64,000 bases of DNA, from positions 41,106,001 to 41,170,000 of the forward strand of contig OX597814.1 in NCBI GenBank assembly GCA_951406725.2. Direction: 5' to 3'. Positions 1-14,282 of the stretch are shown piece after piece. Each line of letters begins with the position of its first letter. Position 1 is the first letter of the stretch. The DNA comes from Octopus vulgaris (Eukaryota). Position numbers and translations under genes: made by a program. Below the pieces are notes generated by a model. That model did no database searches, was not told the origin of the DNA, and saw nothing but the letters and a program-made list of their open reading frames with translations.

Positions 1-1639
1 ATATATATATATATATATATACATATAAACGCAAAATGTTCATACCTGCTTCAACTCGTATGTACATACATATATGTACACACACTCAAGTATTTATATG
101 TATATATATGTATGTATGTACGTATCATTGCGTGTGTGTTTGTGAATATGTGTGTGGTGTATCTGTGTGTGTATTTGTGTGCGTTATTGATAACAACTAG
201 AAGAGACTGATTCTAAGGTGAATGGAGCTTCCACCAGGAGGCATTTATATAATCAAACGTTATCCAAAGACCCTTAACTATAACACTCTAACTTTGATGG
301 TCCAGCAAATATGGCCAAAAACACTGTTCTGTATCCTTTGGTTTCCTGCAAAACTTCCTTCTTTCCCTCCATAGCACGTATGATTTTCTGTTACTTCTTC
401 CATTCAGCACGCGGCCACTATTCGCGCCTTTCCTCATATTCCAATAATTGTAAGCGCCCTCCATACTGATTGGGCAGGAAATCCTTTACAGTCACATGTA
501 TAATACAATATCTTATTTTATTTCAGTATATTTTAAGCGAGAAATTTTATAATGCGTTTCATGATAACTGAGCTCAGTCTGTTTTGGCCTTAGGATAAAC
601 GTCAGCAACAATTATGACTATAATTTTGAGAACATATAATTTGAGTTTGGTATAAAATTGTAAATATATCTCATTTACGTCATACTAATGTTTTATGTAT
701 GTAGCAGTCTTACGTTGAAAACAAATTTATATCTATGTTTCCATATATATTCATGTTTTATATTAATTTTTTTTTCATATTATTGGGATTCGTATGTCTG
801 ATGTAGTAAATTCGAAACTACATATATATGTTTCTGATGAAAAATGAAATAAATCAATATGCGAATCTAATTATTGTAAACAGAAATTTGAAATTACACT
901 GTATTACTATCACGAAATTCATTCAGCTGTTTTACCGTTTGATTTATTTTGATTTAAAATTCCCATCATTACGATCCATTAATTGAAATGCTCAGAAATG
1001 TATACACAAATGTAACTAAGAATGCAATATTTCTGTATTTTAAATTTTCATATATTGCTATCATATATTAATATCACTACGATTCAATCTATAATCAAAT
1101 ATAGTTTGGACTGCAGTTGAACATCTACTGACATCTACACACTATCCCCACGCAATTAGAATATAAGACTAAAGAACCACTAAAGTATATTATATGATAT
1201 TATATAGATAAACAAAGTATCTTGACACATCACATTGTATGAAATATATTTTCATTGAAAATTAGTTACATATTTAATGTAGTATATACATATATAGAAT
1301 ATATGAGATACTTGACAGGGTAAAACATTGCTTTAAAGACATCTCTTATTAATAATGTTCCTTCAGGGATATGTCACTTTATTTCCGAAGAAAATATATG
1401 CGACATTTTAACGACGTTTGCATTATTATTCATGATACAATGCCGGAGAAAATCTTAGGACCAGTGAAAACTTGTGAAAATGAACTTTTTGCAGACCAAT
1501 TTATTCGGCTATTTTTCAGCATAGATTCATTATTGGCAAAGAGAAAATTATATACGACAACTTAAAGAAATGTTTAACATTTAAACACAAAATATGCATT
1601 GTATTACAAGTACCCAAAAGTTGAAGGTCCCGACAAATA

Positions 1640-2560
1640 GCAATTGAAAACAATTAATAGATAGTAAACAAGGAGTCTTAAAACTTAGTAACTCCACCAT
1701 TCACAGATTCGTTGTGGCATACTCGACACAAGTGTTTCAAGGAAGTTGTCCGGAATGTTACGCGATGAAACAAAGGCTGTTTGGCGAGGAGCATCCACAA
1801 TCTCAAATTGCGTCCAATTTTTGAAAACGGCTCTTGCCACAGATCCCTAAAAATTTTCGATGGAGTTTAGGTCAGAATAACATGGAGGATGATTCAAAAG
1901 ATGAACGATATTATTTCTTAAGAAATCTTTTTGCTTGTGATCATTATCGATTGTAACAATATACGGTACATACATCTACTTTACTAAATATAAACGAGGA
2001 CCTTCTGTTAAGAGTCATGACCGCTTCAATATACCAACATAACCGACTGCTATTTGACGCCCCTGAACAAACTTAAGATCTATAGTTTCTGTGTACGAGA
2101 AAGTACCCCACAACATGATATAATCTCCACCACTTTGTCTCGTTGAAAAAGTTTACGGTTGAATAGCTACAACATTCCAATATCTTCTGAAACCACCAGG
2201 ACCATGAAGGTTGAAATGTTTCTCCTCCGAGAATAACACTTTCTTCCAGTTGTGAACGTCCCAGGTTTGGTGATTCTAAGCATTCAAAGCGGGTAGGTTT
2301 CTGGCGTAGAAGAAGACGGGTTTTCTATAGACTTTTAGCATTTTAGAATGTCGTCATATTTCTAAAATATCGTCTGAGCTACATCCTGCATCATTAACTT
2401 GGTTTGATGATAGACAAGTGTATTTCCTAACTTTCCGTTTTCTTTGGTCTAACTTTCCTAAATAACTGTTTCCTTTAAGAGGATAAAAATGGCGGTTTTA
2501 CTGCGACCAATTTCACTCGATATTGCACATTGAAAAATACCTTTTTCTGGAGCTCTACAA
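1640..2560 (-). mobile_element. Decayed Tc1/Tc3-like DNA transposon (transposase pseudogene)
   Basis: The minus strand translates to WDVHNWKKVLFSEEKHFNLHGPGGFRRYW (Tc3-type VxFSDEKKFNLDGPDG) and PCYSDLNSIENF (Tc1 SPDLNPIENLW). It has stops and frameshifts. Confidence 0.85.
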
Positions 2561-3488
2561 TCCTATCAGGTTCAAAATAAACCAAACGGCAGTTGTTAAC
2601 AAAAGCGGAAGCTTCAATATAAATGCCAGAATTTATAGACTTTATTCCAGATTTAAACTTTTTATTGTCATGGCGTAAAATCTTTGATGTGGCAAAATAT
2701 TGTTCAATTTCATACAATGCATATTTTCTTCATTAAATGTTAAACGTATCCTTTTGCATATCCTTTGCTATTTGCCAATTATGAATCTATAAAATATTCA
2801 TATATATATCCGTCTGCAAGGCGTTGATTTCGGCGGTCTTTTCAATGGTCTTAAGATGTTGTCCAGCAGCGTATAAATGTAAGCAGAGCGTCCATTGATG
2901 TGGGCTTTAGTGCTTATTCTAGGGATAAAATTCGTACAAACTAAAAGTATATGTATGTGAAATTTTCGTTAAAAATCCATGCAATGGATTAATTGATTAA
3001 TCTGATTTTAGTGCGTGCTTAGTAGTCTTAATATATGTACTTACCTTAGTAAATAACGTGGTGAGGCGGTGGCATACAAAGCGCTTCAAGATTAAACCAA
3101 TTCAAGTTCTCATTACTGAAGCCAGGAATGAGGAATGCACTAGTACAGGAATTGTAAAAGGCCTTTTTATTTATTTTTTAGTTTGAAAATTGCATCATAT
3201 CTTAACATAACTGACTGCTACTGAAATTCCACTCATTTATATCTTATAAAATGATTCGAAAATTTGAATTTGTATTATTGTCTATCTCTGTGAAACTTGT
3301 TAAATAATGGAATTTGTATGAAAATTTGATCCATTGAAGCACGCACGTTTCTCCAAATTTTCCCCTTAACCGTCATTCTCTCGTAAACATTTTTTAACGT
3401 TGAACGTAAACGAAATCATCGAAACTGGTTTAGTAAATTAATAAATTTGTTACAAATTTTAAGTCTGCTACATATGTGTGTGTGTGTT

Positions 3489-3525
<37 letters not shown>

Positions 3526-3869
3526 GCATGTGTGTGTGTGTGTCTGTGTGTATGATATGGAGCGTTGGTTTGGGGTTTGTGAAACTGCATGTCAGACTTA
3601 AAAGGAGCTTGACTAGAAAACTTCTAATTCAATGCGACGTGGTTCATCTCAGCAACTAGTGTTTTAGGATATACATTTTGTGATTGAACAGGAGTCTGAA
3701 GCTAGGACTTTGAATATCGAAGGCAGCCTGTTATTACTACTTTAGAATTTTATCTGCTCTTTCTAGTAATTTTTCATGAGTAACTTGAGTATTCTCATTC
3801 TCAGTAACTTGAGTATTCTCATTCTCCTGTCATAGGTTATTTGGCTGTGGTTACTGGGTATTTATATTT

Positions 3870-5210
3870 CTTAATAAATACAGATTCCCTATTCAATTGC
3901 AATTGGTCTGAAGTATTTCTGTCGCATTGATATATTAGGAAAATTAAAAATTTTGGAAGTTAGATTTCGTGAAAGATATCTAGGTGTTTACATGTGGGTA
4001 TATTCCTATTTGTGGATTCCCATTGGCTGTATAATGTCAATCTTCCTCTCAAATGCAAGCTGGTTTGACCAATGTAATCACCACTACATCTGCTGCAATT
4101 GAGGACATGAATTAAGTCCCTCAATGCAAAGGTGAAATGTTTTATTTTTATGATGAATATTTGGCTTTACTCGAGCTTATAAATGGAACCTTCCGTAAGA
4201 TTGATGCAGGTACCGAAGTCAAGGCGGGTAATTTTGCCGTGTATTGGGATTGTATTTTTGGTGTGTAATTTGCAGCTAGTAAATAGCATTTCTATAGGCT
4301 TAATTTATTTTTTTCTTTTAATAATTTTGGAGTGCGTTTTCTATTCGCATTTTATTTCTTCAAAACGGATACATTCTGACTGATGACGCTGTATGCTTGC
4401 ACGGTTCTCGAACTGTTGATATATGGGGTAAAGTGTTAAGTGTAACTGCCAGTTTTCTTTATTCCGCAATTCTTTGACGTCTATCGTTTTTGTACGTTCT
4501 ATCCCGTTATTTATTAAATTGATTGAGTGTTCTATTTCGACTTATATATTTTGAAGTCATTGCAAAGGTACTTTTTTTTTTTCAGAGTACCATGATTGAA
4601 CAAAATGGTGCAAATTCTTCTTCTCAAGTTTATATAGTCGTTTTGGATAGCATGAAGAAAATAGTAGATATTGTTTTATGCCTGTGAGTTTAAACTAGAT
4701 GTCGGTTTCGGTGTTAGTATCCCTTTTCATGATTTGGATGTGCCGAAAGCGTAGATAATTTTCATTGAATTCCATTGCAAATTCGGAACTGTGTTTTATG
4801 TTATCAAATTTCTTAAACTCCAAATGTTTATGCAGATTCTGTTACCACACAATGCAACACATCTCTAGATAAAGTTTCAAGTTGGCGAGTAGGTATTTAA
4901 GAAAGTTATCACCGAATTACCATCTAGCATTTTCGAATAGTTCGATTTCTAGTATGTCATAACTAGATTACAATATGGTGGAGGGGAATAACCTCTTTCG
5001 AATTGGAGTTCCAGATATCCGTTTGGTATTTTGTAGGATGAAATTTAATCCTTCAATGATAAACCGTTTCATAATTTGATCTGGTATGTCATTTGGAATT
5101 AATTTCTGACAAAATTCTAAAGCCCCTATTCCGTATTTGGTTAGAATCGATGAGTAGAATCTCAAGTACATTTTCAACTCCCAAAAACTTTGCGCGCCGG
5201 AATTCAATTC
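3870..5210 (-). mobile_element. Penelope-like retroelement remnant (RT C-terminal part plus GIY-YIG endonuclease)
   Basis: ORF 4968..5351 after the poly-E artefact reads YSSILTKYGIGALEF...RFIIEGLNFILQN. The minus strand near 4060-4220 gives GTCINLTEG and DLIHVLNCSRCSGDYIGQT (GIY-YIG). It is homologous to the element at 38.1-39.5 kb. Confidence 0.85.
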
Positions 5211-5212
5211 AT

Positions 5213-5348
5213 CTTCTTCTTCTTCTTCTTCTTCTTCTTCTTCTTCTTCTTCTTCTTCTTCTTCTTCTTCTTCTTCTTCTTCTTCTTCTTCATCTTCTTC
5301 TTCTTCTTCTTCTTCTTCTTCTTCTTCTTCTTCTTCTTCTTCTTCTTT
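5213..5348. repeat. (TTC)n microsatellite
   Basis: Long TTC run, the source of the poly-E, poly-L and poly-F ORFs. Confidence 0.97.
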
Positions 5349-5449
5349 CACTCTCCCTCTTTGTGTGTGGGTAAGTCTATATATATTCTTGAGAGTATAT
5401 ATATATATATATATATCAAAAATAAGAAACAGGAATAACTTCGGTAATT

Positions 5450-5530
5450 TGGTACGATTGTTTCATGCTACATAATTTTATTAAATATTGTAAGTATTAC
5501 AATAGTTTTTAAATGAGCAATCATCAGCCA
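5450..5530 (-). ncRNA. Type I hammerhead ribozyme-like motif with long stem II insertion
   Basis: Minus strand reads UGG-CUGAUGA-uUGCU...AGCAu-GAAA-CAAUCG-UA-CCA. Stem I is UGG/CCA, stem II is UGCU/AGCA, and there is an internal hairpin TATTGTAA/TTACAATA. It lies in a ~300 bp segment between two (TA)n tracts. Confidence 0.7.
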
Positions 5531-5724
5531 TTTATAGGGGTTTTCCATTAATGCATCATTTTCATATCAATTCATAACATTATAGAGAAGGTAGATATAT
5601 AGACAAATATGTCGAATTAAATTTTAATAATATTAAGGTATGTAGAGTTTATTTTCTGACTGAAGAATAATCTGGTGCATCTAACTTAAGTACCATATTT
5701 ATTTGAATCTAAATTTTGCTGAAC

Positions 5725-5793
<69 letters not shown>

Positions 5794-5887
5794 TTTATCT
5801 ATATATGTGTTTATATATATGTATGTATGTACATATATGTACGCTTGTGTGTATGTATGTATGTATCTATCTATCTATTTACCTACC

Positions 5888-5937
<50 letters not shown>

Positions 5938-5939
<2 letters not shown>

Positions 5940-6360
5940 CAGATAGGAGAACGAGTTCTCATCACCTCGCCCAGGTAGACTAGGGGCTTCTAACAGAAGT
6001 CTTTACTTTGTTAAGAGACGTGTGGAATATAATCCCTCTTGAAAACCACTGTCAAAGCAGAACAACTTAATATCACTCCCAGAACAGCAATGAACTATTT
6101 TCACGAGCTTGGCTACTCCGGCAGAGCATCAAGTAAGAAGCCACTTCTTCGACCAGCCAATATCAAACGGAGAAATGATTGGGCCAATGAGAAGGTAGGG
6201 AGGCCACTAGCATTTGGGGACACTGTCATATCCTGTGATAACTCATGATTTGCAGTACTTACACGTGAAAATATTGCAGCCAATAGTGAAACATGGCGGC
6301 TATTTTGTGATGATCTGAGGAGCAATTTCAAGCAATAGTTGAACAGAGCTGGTGGAGTGT
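5938..6360 (+). mobile_element. Tc1-like transposase fragment
   Basis: ORF 6039..6248 reads ELGYSGRASSKKPLLRPANIKRRNDWA...VISCDNS, matching the Tc1 'KKPLL...RLxWA...VIxSDES' region. Confidence 0.75.
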
Positions 6361-6962
6361 GAGGGAAACGTAAACTCAAATAAATATGTTCATGAAATAT
6401 AAACTCAATTAAATATGTTCATGAAATATTTTTCATATATTCTACGGCTTTTTTATAACTTCCTACGCCTTGATCCTTGGATCTTAACTTTTTATGTATG
6501 TGTGTTTGTTTTGTGTGTGTGTTTGTCTAGGTGTTTGTGTATGTATGTATGCATGTATATATGCATATAATGGAAACGGTTGGAGTCAACAACAAGGAGT
6601 AAGGCTGGATTTCATTTGCTATCACTGCAATTGCTTCTCCGCAATTATCCATTTCCATATTATAATCTCAGATGCAAGTCTGGTAATATGTATAAAATGT
6701 CTACTGGACAGTACAGGGTGAAATTTGATGGTGAACGAGATTTATTGTATACTCTGCTACGTTCTTAACACAATATATAACATGACAATTTATGTATATT
6801 CGCATTTGTGTGAATATGTGTGTATGTGTGTAAGTTTGTGAGAAGTGTAAGTGTATGTAGAGGTAACAGTTGTAACCATGAGATATACAACATAGAAAAT
6901 ACCTCGTAACACTTAAATGATTTTACATTAAACACCGAAACACTTATAGACAAGTCTCTCCT

Positions 6963-7096
6963 TCCCTTGAAGCCTGAATTTGAACTTAACATGATATTTA
7001 AATGTATCCACGGTGCGTGGCTTATTCTTGAATTTAAACGAACTGAATCTGCCAACGTTATTACGTAATTCACACAAACAGGAAACAGCTGTCGGA
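6963..7096 (+). ncRNA. Degenerate hammerhead-like motif
   Basis: TCC-CTTGA(A)-gcCTG...CAG-GAAA-CAGCTG-TC-GGA. Stem I TCC/GGA and the palindromic stem III are intact, but the core CUGAUGA lacks two bases. Confidence 0.4.
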
Positions 7097-7170
7097 CATG
7101 TAAAACCATATAATCATTCTTATTTTTTAAATTATATTTGTACTCTATATAAATCTTCTCTATTAATATA

Positions 7171-8341
7171 CGAGCGGGGGTCTAAAAGTAACCGGAAACG
7201 TTTTCTGTGGTACAAGCCCTTGTAGTTCAGGCTTCCGCAGTTAGAAGCCACTTGATGCGGGAATCCCCCTGCCAACAGGAGTCGTGCTGCCACATGGCAT
7301 GTCTTTTTTTCCTTTTTTGCCGTACTTCTCACATATTCGTTGATGTTTCCGATGTCTGAATTGAAGAAAGTGCGTGCTTCCGGGTAATTCTCTTTTCTGG
7401 TGGGAAAACGGCAGCCGAGACATCTGTCACGCTCAGCTTAAATAGGCTGCTTTGAGCAAAGCGCAACTTTACGAGTAGTGTACACGTTTAAGGGAAAGTT
7501 TCTTGTCGCCTGAATAACAACTTCATTAAGGGCCACCGTGACACTCCCGAACGAATGAAAACACCAGGAAAATTAATGAACTCATCTTGGAGGAGCGGTG
7601 TCGAACAACTGACAAACTTGTTAATAGGACAGGAGTATGCTGGAGCTCCTACCAACGAATTCTGAGCAAGGATTGCGAAGGCAAAGAATTGCATCGGCAT
7701 CTGTTGATCCCTTGCTCTCGGAAGAACAAAAGCAGTCACGACTGAATGCGTATCATGAACTGAAACAGCATTTGGAAGTCGATTGGAATTTATTTCCGAA
7801 AGATATCACTGCAAACAAAATCTGGTGCTAGGGATACGACCCTGAAACGAAGCAGCATTGAAGTCAATGAAATTATTTAATGTTACCACGCCTCTAAAAC
7901 AGCGTGTCAAGTGAAGTCCCGTGACAAGACGGTGCTGATTTGTATAATGGAAGCGAAAGGAATAGTCTGCACAGAATTTGGTCAAATTGTTAACCAGACA
8001 TTTTACTTGGCAGCTATGAAGGTTTTGCGAGACTCGGTGAGACGAAAACTTCCCGACCTATGGCAAAAATGGTATAAGCTCGATTACCCGATCACCCGAT
8101 CTTGCTCCCTCAAAGCAAAACATTGTGCAGACGTGGAAGAGGTGATGTAAAATAAGACGAAGACGGCTAAAGGCATCACTTCACAAGGGTTCCAGGACTG
8201 CTTCGAACTGTGGAAAAAGCGTTTGGACTGATGAATTGCATCAAATGGAGAATAATTTGAAATCGAAATATGTCTAAATTTGCAAAACTAAGTGTATAAG
8301 ATGTTATTGCAAAATTCCGGTTTCTTTTGGATAAAGCCTCG
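7171..8341 (+). mobile_element. Near full-length decayed mariner element
   Basis: Imperfect TIRs (TA|CGAGCGGGGGTCTAAAAGTAACCGGAA at the left, TTCCGGTTTCTTTTGGATAAAGCCTCG|TA at the right) with TA flanks. The transposase remnant reads KDITANKIWC*GYDPETK and KSRDKTVLIC...KGIV...VNQTFYL...LRDSVRRKLPDLW. Confidence 0.9.
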
Positions 8342-8487
8342 TAAAAATGTTTATAAGTTTTGTTTATGCATGAATGCTCATTGTCCGAATATATTCACTC
8401 TTTGTGTCTGTATTTGCATCATTATCCATCTATTGTGTATCTATAACTTGGTGTATCTATCTGTCTGGTTGTCTCCCTGCCGCTCTC

Positions 8488-8600
<113 letters not shown>

Positions 8601-8710
8601 GGAGAGGGAGAGAGATAATCCAAACATGTAAACAAGAAGAGAAAACACAACCTGAGGACGCGGAACAAGTATAGTGTTATTGGACGCTCAGGAAAGGAAA
8701 GAAAGAAGGA

Positions 8711-8749
8711 ATATTTAGCCTTTCGAGCGGAGCTCTTCGCCAGAAACAT
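8711..8749 (-). ncRNA. Degenerate minimal hammerhead motif (GAGC/GCTC family)
   Basis: Minus strand reads UUU-CUGGCGA-A-GAGC-UCC-GCUC-GAAA-GGC-UA-AAU. It is homologous to 14605 and 27365, including the flanking GCTCAGGAAA. The core A is mutated. Confidence 0.5.
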
Positions 8750-8924
8750 AGAAAAAGAAATATCCAAGGAAGGGAAGACGGAGGGAAAAAAATCGCGATA
8801 GATACACACGCGGTGTGTGGATGGATGGATGAATGGATTTACGTACATATATAGAAAGAGAGAGGGATATAAAGAGAAAGAATGAGAAATAAATGAGTGA
8901 GAGAGGGAGAAAGAGAGATAAATT

Positions 8925-8966
<42 letters not shown>

Positions 8967-11101
8967 CAGATAGATAGATAGTTTGATCGATAAGCGTTTT
9001 CTTCGCAGTCCCTCTTGCATTAACCATCCTCTCCTTGTTGCTATTTAATGTCAAATATCCCCATATCGGTACATATATTCTTTCACATATACATTGCCTC
9101 TTTAAGATATTAATATTTATACAATCCTTCGTTTGCTGTAATCTCCGTAAACTTTACTACATGTCCACGTGCATCTCAAACCTGTTCTCCCATAGTTTTC
9201 CTTTGAATGGCGTGTCATGTTTAATTAGTCACAAGGTGTAACGTTTTGTTATGTAAATTTTATTATCCTCACGTTTGATTTGTAGCTCCCTTGGAGTATC
9301 TGCATTATACTTCACGCATTCTACTCCAATTAATTTTGTGAATTAAATTTTGCTTCTATAGATGGACATGCACTTCATATTGTCATTCAAACAACCAATG
9401 CAGTAAACGGTACATCACTAATCTGATATTCCAGTAAATTATATTTATTAAAACTGGACAGTTCATACAATTGTTCTGTACTGCAGGATCTTGTATTCAT
9501 GTTGATATATGTGTGTGTGTATGCATGTGTGTGTGTGTGTGTTCATGTATATGTGTGTATGTGTGTATGTATGTTTCTGATAAGTTTTATGTAGTGTCAT
9601 GCAGTGTTTACATGTTTTTTTCTAAATCAGACGTCATTTTAATACATATTTCCGGCCCCTTTCCTTTTATAATTATTTGCAAGCTTACAATTGATTCATT
9701 TAAAACGCATAAAAATTAAATGATCAATTGAATCTATGAATAAACTCAGACATTGATCGTAAATATATCGCTTCAGAAACCGTTAATTAAAAATTAATAA
9801 GCTGTCCATCTTATAAAGGAGCCACTCATTCGGAAGGATTTTAATTCGTCTGTTTCCTCTGTAATTATTCTCCTTTCAAATGCGCGTCATTAAATCTAAT
9901 TAATATTGAATTCTTTGAATAGAAATTCCAAAACTAATGGATAAGTCCAGATAATTTATACATATGTTAATTTGGCATAAACTCTTCTGTCATGTTAAAG
10001 CAAATCCATGATATAATGGGCAATGCATTTCATAACTTATGGATCATATCTTGTTACCCTCTATTTATTATAAACGCAATATTTCGTCAATTGATTCGCA
10101 TTAACTGTCTGTAGCACAAACCTCTGTCTATTGATGTAATAATGGTATACACTTTGGATTTAAATACCATTGGTACCTCTGATGAATGTGTCATTCTTCC
10201 GGCTGAGCTACATTTCCATTTCTCTTTGTTACACAAATGTGTCAAATTTTCATTCTCAATAATCGATTTTTTTCGATCATTATACCACACATCTAACACA
10301 AAACTGCTGCCTTCTTGCAATTTTTGTTTCAAGGATAACAATTCCTATTCGGCAATCCTTCAACAAGAGAATAAAAGAATAACTTTAACCGGGTATAATT
10401 TTACATTCTTCAACGAACTTGCTATTTTATCGTGTATATCCAATGTTTACCCACTCATCTCACTTTCTTACCTTCTTACATTATTTTTTTTATTTATTTA
10501 AGATAAAATTATGAATGTATGAAGTTCCGATTGTCAAGCCTAACACCAGCGAATTGTTTTATATTTATCCATTTGTTTGATGTCCTAATGTGACACCTTC
10601 AAAATCACCCGCCTGTTTCGTGTCTACATTTGTTGATCCGATGGACACTAGGGTATGATGTAGCACCGTATGAATATTAGGCAGATCTCTAATGCACTCA
10701 TATATTTCAACATCATGTATGTACCTTTGATCAGATTCCAAGCCTGAAATACATCCAATGTATTCTTTTAAATGTGTCTCTAAAACATTCTTCTACATCG
10801 CAGAGTATCCATCCGAGTTTTTCGTATGTTTTGGAAGTATTCTGAGTTATTAGGTTGTTTAGAAATTGGCTTTTAAGCATCTCATGAAGTGTAATGCCTT
10901 GATATCTTACCCTTTTTACACTTTTTAACACATATGAATCAGTGACAACTAGAATAATATATTCCGCAATCTACAGTGTGACTGACATAAAGCAAATCAA
11001 TGAAATCCAGTTAACTTTAGCATATATAATAAAATTTGATATATTTCATTACTAATATTGATAATTTAGTGTTCACAAAAATCATGCAGACAGGATGATA
11101 A

Positions 11102-11134
<33 letters not shown>

Positions 11135-11144
11135 CATATATATG

Positions 11145-11209
<65 letters not shown>

Positions 11210-11296
11210 ATTGATTGATTGATTGAGTCTAGTTTCAGCTTATGAACTGTGGCCATGCTGGGGCACCGCCAATTGGTGTTGCTACTTGGTTTCACT

Positions 11297-11826
11297 TCAT
11301 GGAGGCTTTCTAGCAACTGCTATTTGGTGCATGAGAGAGTTCGATGCAGCTGCCCTCATCTGCCCCTCCTGCCGTGAAGTTGGTTCTTCTGGGACACCTG
11401 ACAGGAAGAGATCCAGCTTCATTTTAAAGACATATGTATCCACTCCATGCAGGTCTCTCAGGTTCTTCGGGAGGATATTGAAGAGCTGTGGGCCTCGGAA
11501 GCCCAGGCTATCACAGAATCTTGTCCTACATCTTGATGGCAAGTTTGGAGTCCTAGGCACCACGCAGTGGCGCCCAGTTCTGGCATTTGCGTAACTCTCG
11601 ATGCCAAAGTTCAGGACACTTCCCTCCAGGATCTTCCAGATGTATATTATGGCATATCTTTCTCGCCTACGCTCCAGGGAATATAATTTTAATATATTGA
11701 GTCTTTCCCAGTAGCTTACATTCTGCATAGAGGCTATCTTCTTCGTGTAGCTTCGTTGGATCGCCTCAAGTTCTGTGATCAACTTGACGCTGATGGTGAC
11801 CATAGCTGAGAGCAATAGTCAAAGTG
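11297..11826 (-). mobile_element. CR1/L2-group LINE 3' fragment
   Basis: ORF 11297..11815 reads ELEAIQRSYTKKI..MQNVSYWERLNILKLYSLERRRERY..IYIWKIL...RGPQLFNILP..LR...FKMKLDLFL, the typical post-RT C-terminus. Confidence 0.88.
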
Positions 11827-12329
11827 GCTTATATATATATAAATGTATGTATGTATGTATAACAAATGAAAGACAGAAGATAGAATATACGAGTATATAT
11901 TATTAATCGTAACAATTCTTTCGACAGATCTAGCATCCACACCTCTTGTGGAACATACAAAAACTGGTTCAGGATTATTCAGTGGAGGAGGCGTATCTCC
12001 TCGAGGGATAAATAAATTAAAAAATGTCGTTAAAATGACTTCCATAATGCAACTTTCAATATTGTAGAGAGACAAAACAGCCAGACGGAAGGAAATTCTT
12101 CATATCTATAGAAGATCCAAAAATAAAATTGCAGAAGATAAAAAGAGAAACGAACACTTAATCCAGCGAGGAAAGTGTTGAAAATAACCGTTAACCGATA
12201 AGCAATACTGGTAATTTCTTCAACTGCGATACACATCGTATGCCACCATAACATTACCGTTTTAGGAATCACTCGAATAAAGAATACAGGCTAGAAGGTA
12301 TTGGTCATATCAATGATCCACCAAAGAAA

Positions 12330-13240
12330 ACTTATAGACACATGCGACATAATAATTCTTCTGCTTGTCCAATCGTGTAGAACACACGACATCAAATAAA
12401 CCTAACAACAAATATAGGAAAGAGGATGTCCTCTGGTTCAACCCAATTTCCGGTTTGCATGTTTCAACCAGCACCGATGCAAAAAAAAAATTTACTGCTT
12501 TGGACAAGTCTTTTCCAAAATTCAGTCTGTACCATGCTATTTTTAATCGGCAAACCGTGAAGTTATCCTACGCTAACTAATTTGGAGCATCTTATGCATC
12601 GCATAAGCAATAGCAAAATGCGACAAAATTTCAATAACCCACCAACTGGATGTAGCAAGAATTTACATCTAAGTGCCAACCAAGGAGATGTAAACTGCAT
12701 TGATAATCATCAACTTCGACTAATTTGTAGTAATAGAAATATTCATGGTACAACTAGCACGATAACAATGCCGTAAATGAAGTCAGAACCGCTTTCTGTA
12801 CAAATAAAAACGATAAATGCTCATGCAGGGATAAATCAAAATGTCTTTGATGAATCTCTGTATACGTACAAATCTTGTCTATAAATGTACCGTACACACA
12901 AGGAAAGGGCCCTATGTTTACATTGAACAGAAGGCTGATTCATGATTCATTTAAGAATCATTATCGTAATCATGTTGCCAGCTTTAGGTCAATCAATAAG
13001 AGACATCGACATCTTTGGCAGATTATATTTGGTGACTGAAGGAGGCTAATACGAAATACTACTTTAATTGGTCCATAGTTCGACATGCAAAACCATACAG
13101 CGCAATTTCCAGGAGATGCCGCTTCTGCTCCGAGGAATTCCGGTCTATTCTGTGGAGTAATGAAAAGATACTTAATAGAATTTCTGATAGACTATCGTCA
13201 TGCCTACATGCATATAAATATACTTTCGTACAATGCAGTG
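12330..13240 (+). mobile_element. Penelope-like element 3' remnant (WFNP linker plus GIY-YIG; Neptune/Nematis type)
   Basis: VLWFNP...LDKSFPK...HAIFNRQTVKLSY, then CSCRDKSKC...VYKCTV, YRNHVASFR, LADYIW, WSIVRHAKPYSAISRRCRFCSEE and SCLHAYKY, across frameshifts. Confidence 0.85.
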
Positions 13241-13648
13241 AGAATGAATTTTGAGTAACTGTTAACTTAGTGTAATTTTATTTTATTTTACTTTCAATTA
13301 TGGAGGACTTCTATTTACTTGATGAACATGGTGAGCTAACGTGAGGCACGAACATGAGATCACTATGGTTTTCGTCGTGAGATTCCATTACATTGTGTGT
13401 GCGAGCGTGTGTGTTATATGCATGTAAACACGCCTATCTCGAAATGTTTACCTTTGGATTTCCAAAAGAAATATTTTTAAATACATAGCAGCTCTGTTAA
13501 TCAGCTTTATTTTTGTTTTTCTTAAATGGTATATTACGCATTAACCACTAGCAAAATTAAAACAAAGAAAATTTGTTTGAATGCTTCGTAAGATACGCAT
13601 TATATAATATTGAATTTCAGTATTATATATACTTTCGAATTGAAATGT

Positions 13649-13656
13649 ATCATCAA

Positions 13657-13744
<88 letters not shown>
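13649..13744. repeat. (CAT)n microsatellite
   Basis: CAT run producing the poly-D, poly-M and poly-I ORFs. Confidence 0.97.
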
Positions 13745-14111
13745 TTTGACGATATCCTGGAGGCATTGCGAAATAATCTTAAACATAGTGTCTCGAATGC
13801 CTTCATGATACTGCTTATGTGACGCATTAAACAAAGATGTCAATTTCAGATGCAGAAGTGTGTTTTCTAGGTTATTAAAACATACTAATTAATAATTGAA
13901 GCTCAGTTAATGCCTGGTCTAACAAGCAAATATATAGCCATAAGCTATAAATCCTTATAAGTATAAGAAGCACACATAAGTTGTGTTCAACTTGTAATAT
14001 CAGCATTCTTAGTTCTCATATTGTAAATAGAACACTTCAATGGAAACTGTTAATATGCAACTATTTACCTATCAATCTACATATATAATTTCCCATTTAT
14101 TTATCTATATA

Positions 14112-14179
<68 letters not shown>

Positions 14180-14282
14180 ATACATATATATTAACACACA
14201 TATATATATATATATGTATACATACATGCATGCACACACACAGATATATATATATATATATATATATATATCTTTCTCTTTT

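Noticed and set aside
834-850. CTGATGA...GAAA string
   Set aside because: No stem II or stem I pairing and no suitable stem III; a chance match.
3779-3827. 24 bp tandem duplicate (similar short duplicates at ~6371-6430 and ~48545-48592)
   Set aside because: Two adjacent units without spacers; ordinary slippage, not CRISPR-like.
4968-5438. Poly-E, poly-L and poly-F ORFs, and the many [12 protein letters not shown] and LSIY ORFs elsewhere
   Set aside because: These are translations of microsatellites, not genes.
11908-11990. Possible minus-strand hammerhead (CTGAATA...GAAA-GAATTG-TT)
   Set aside because: The core and stems are too degenerate to call.
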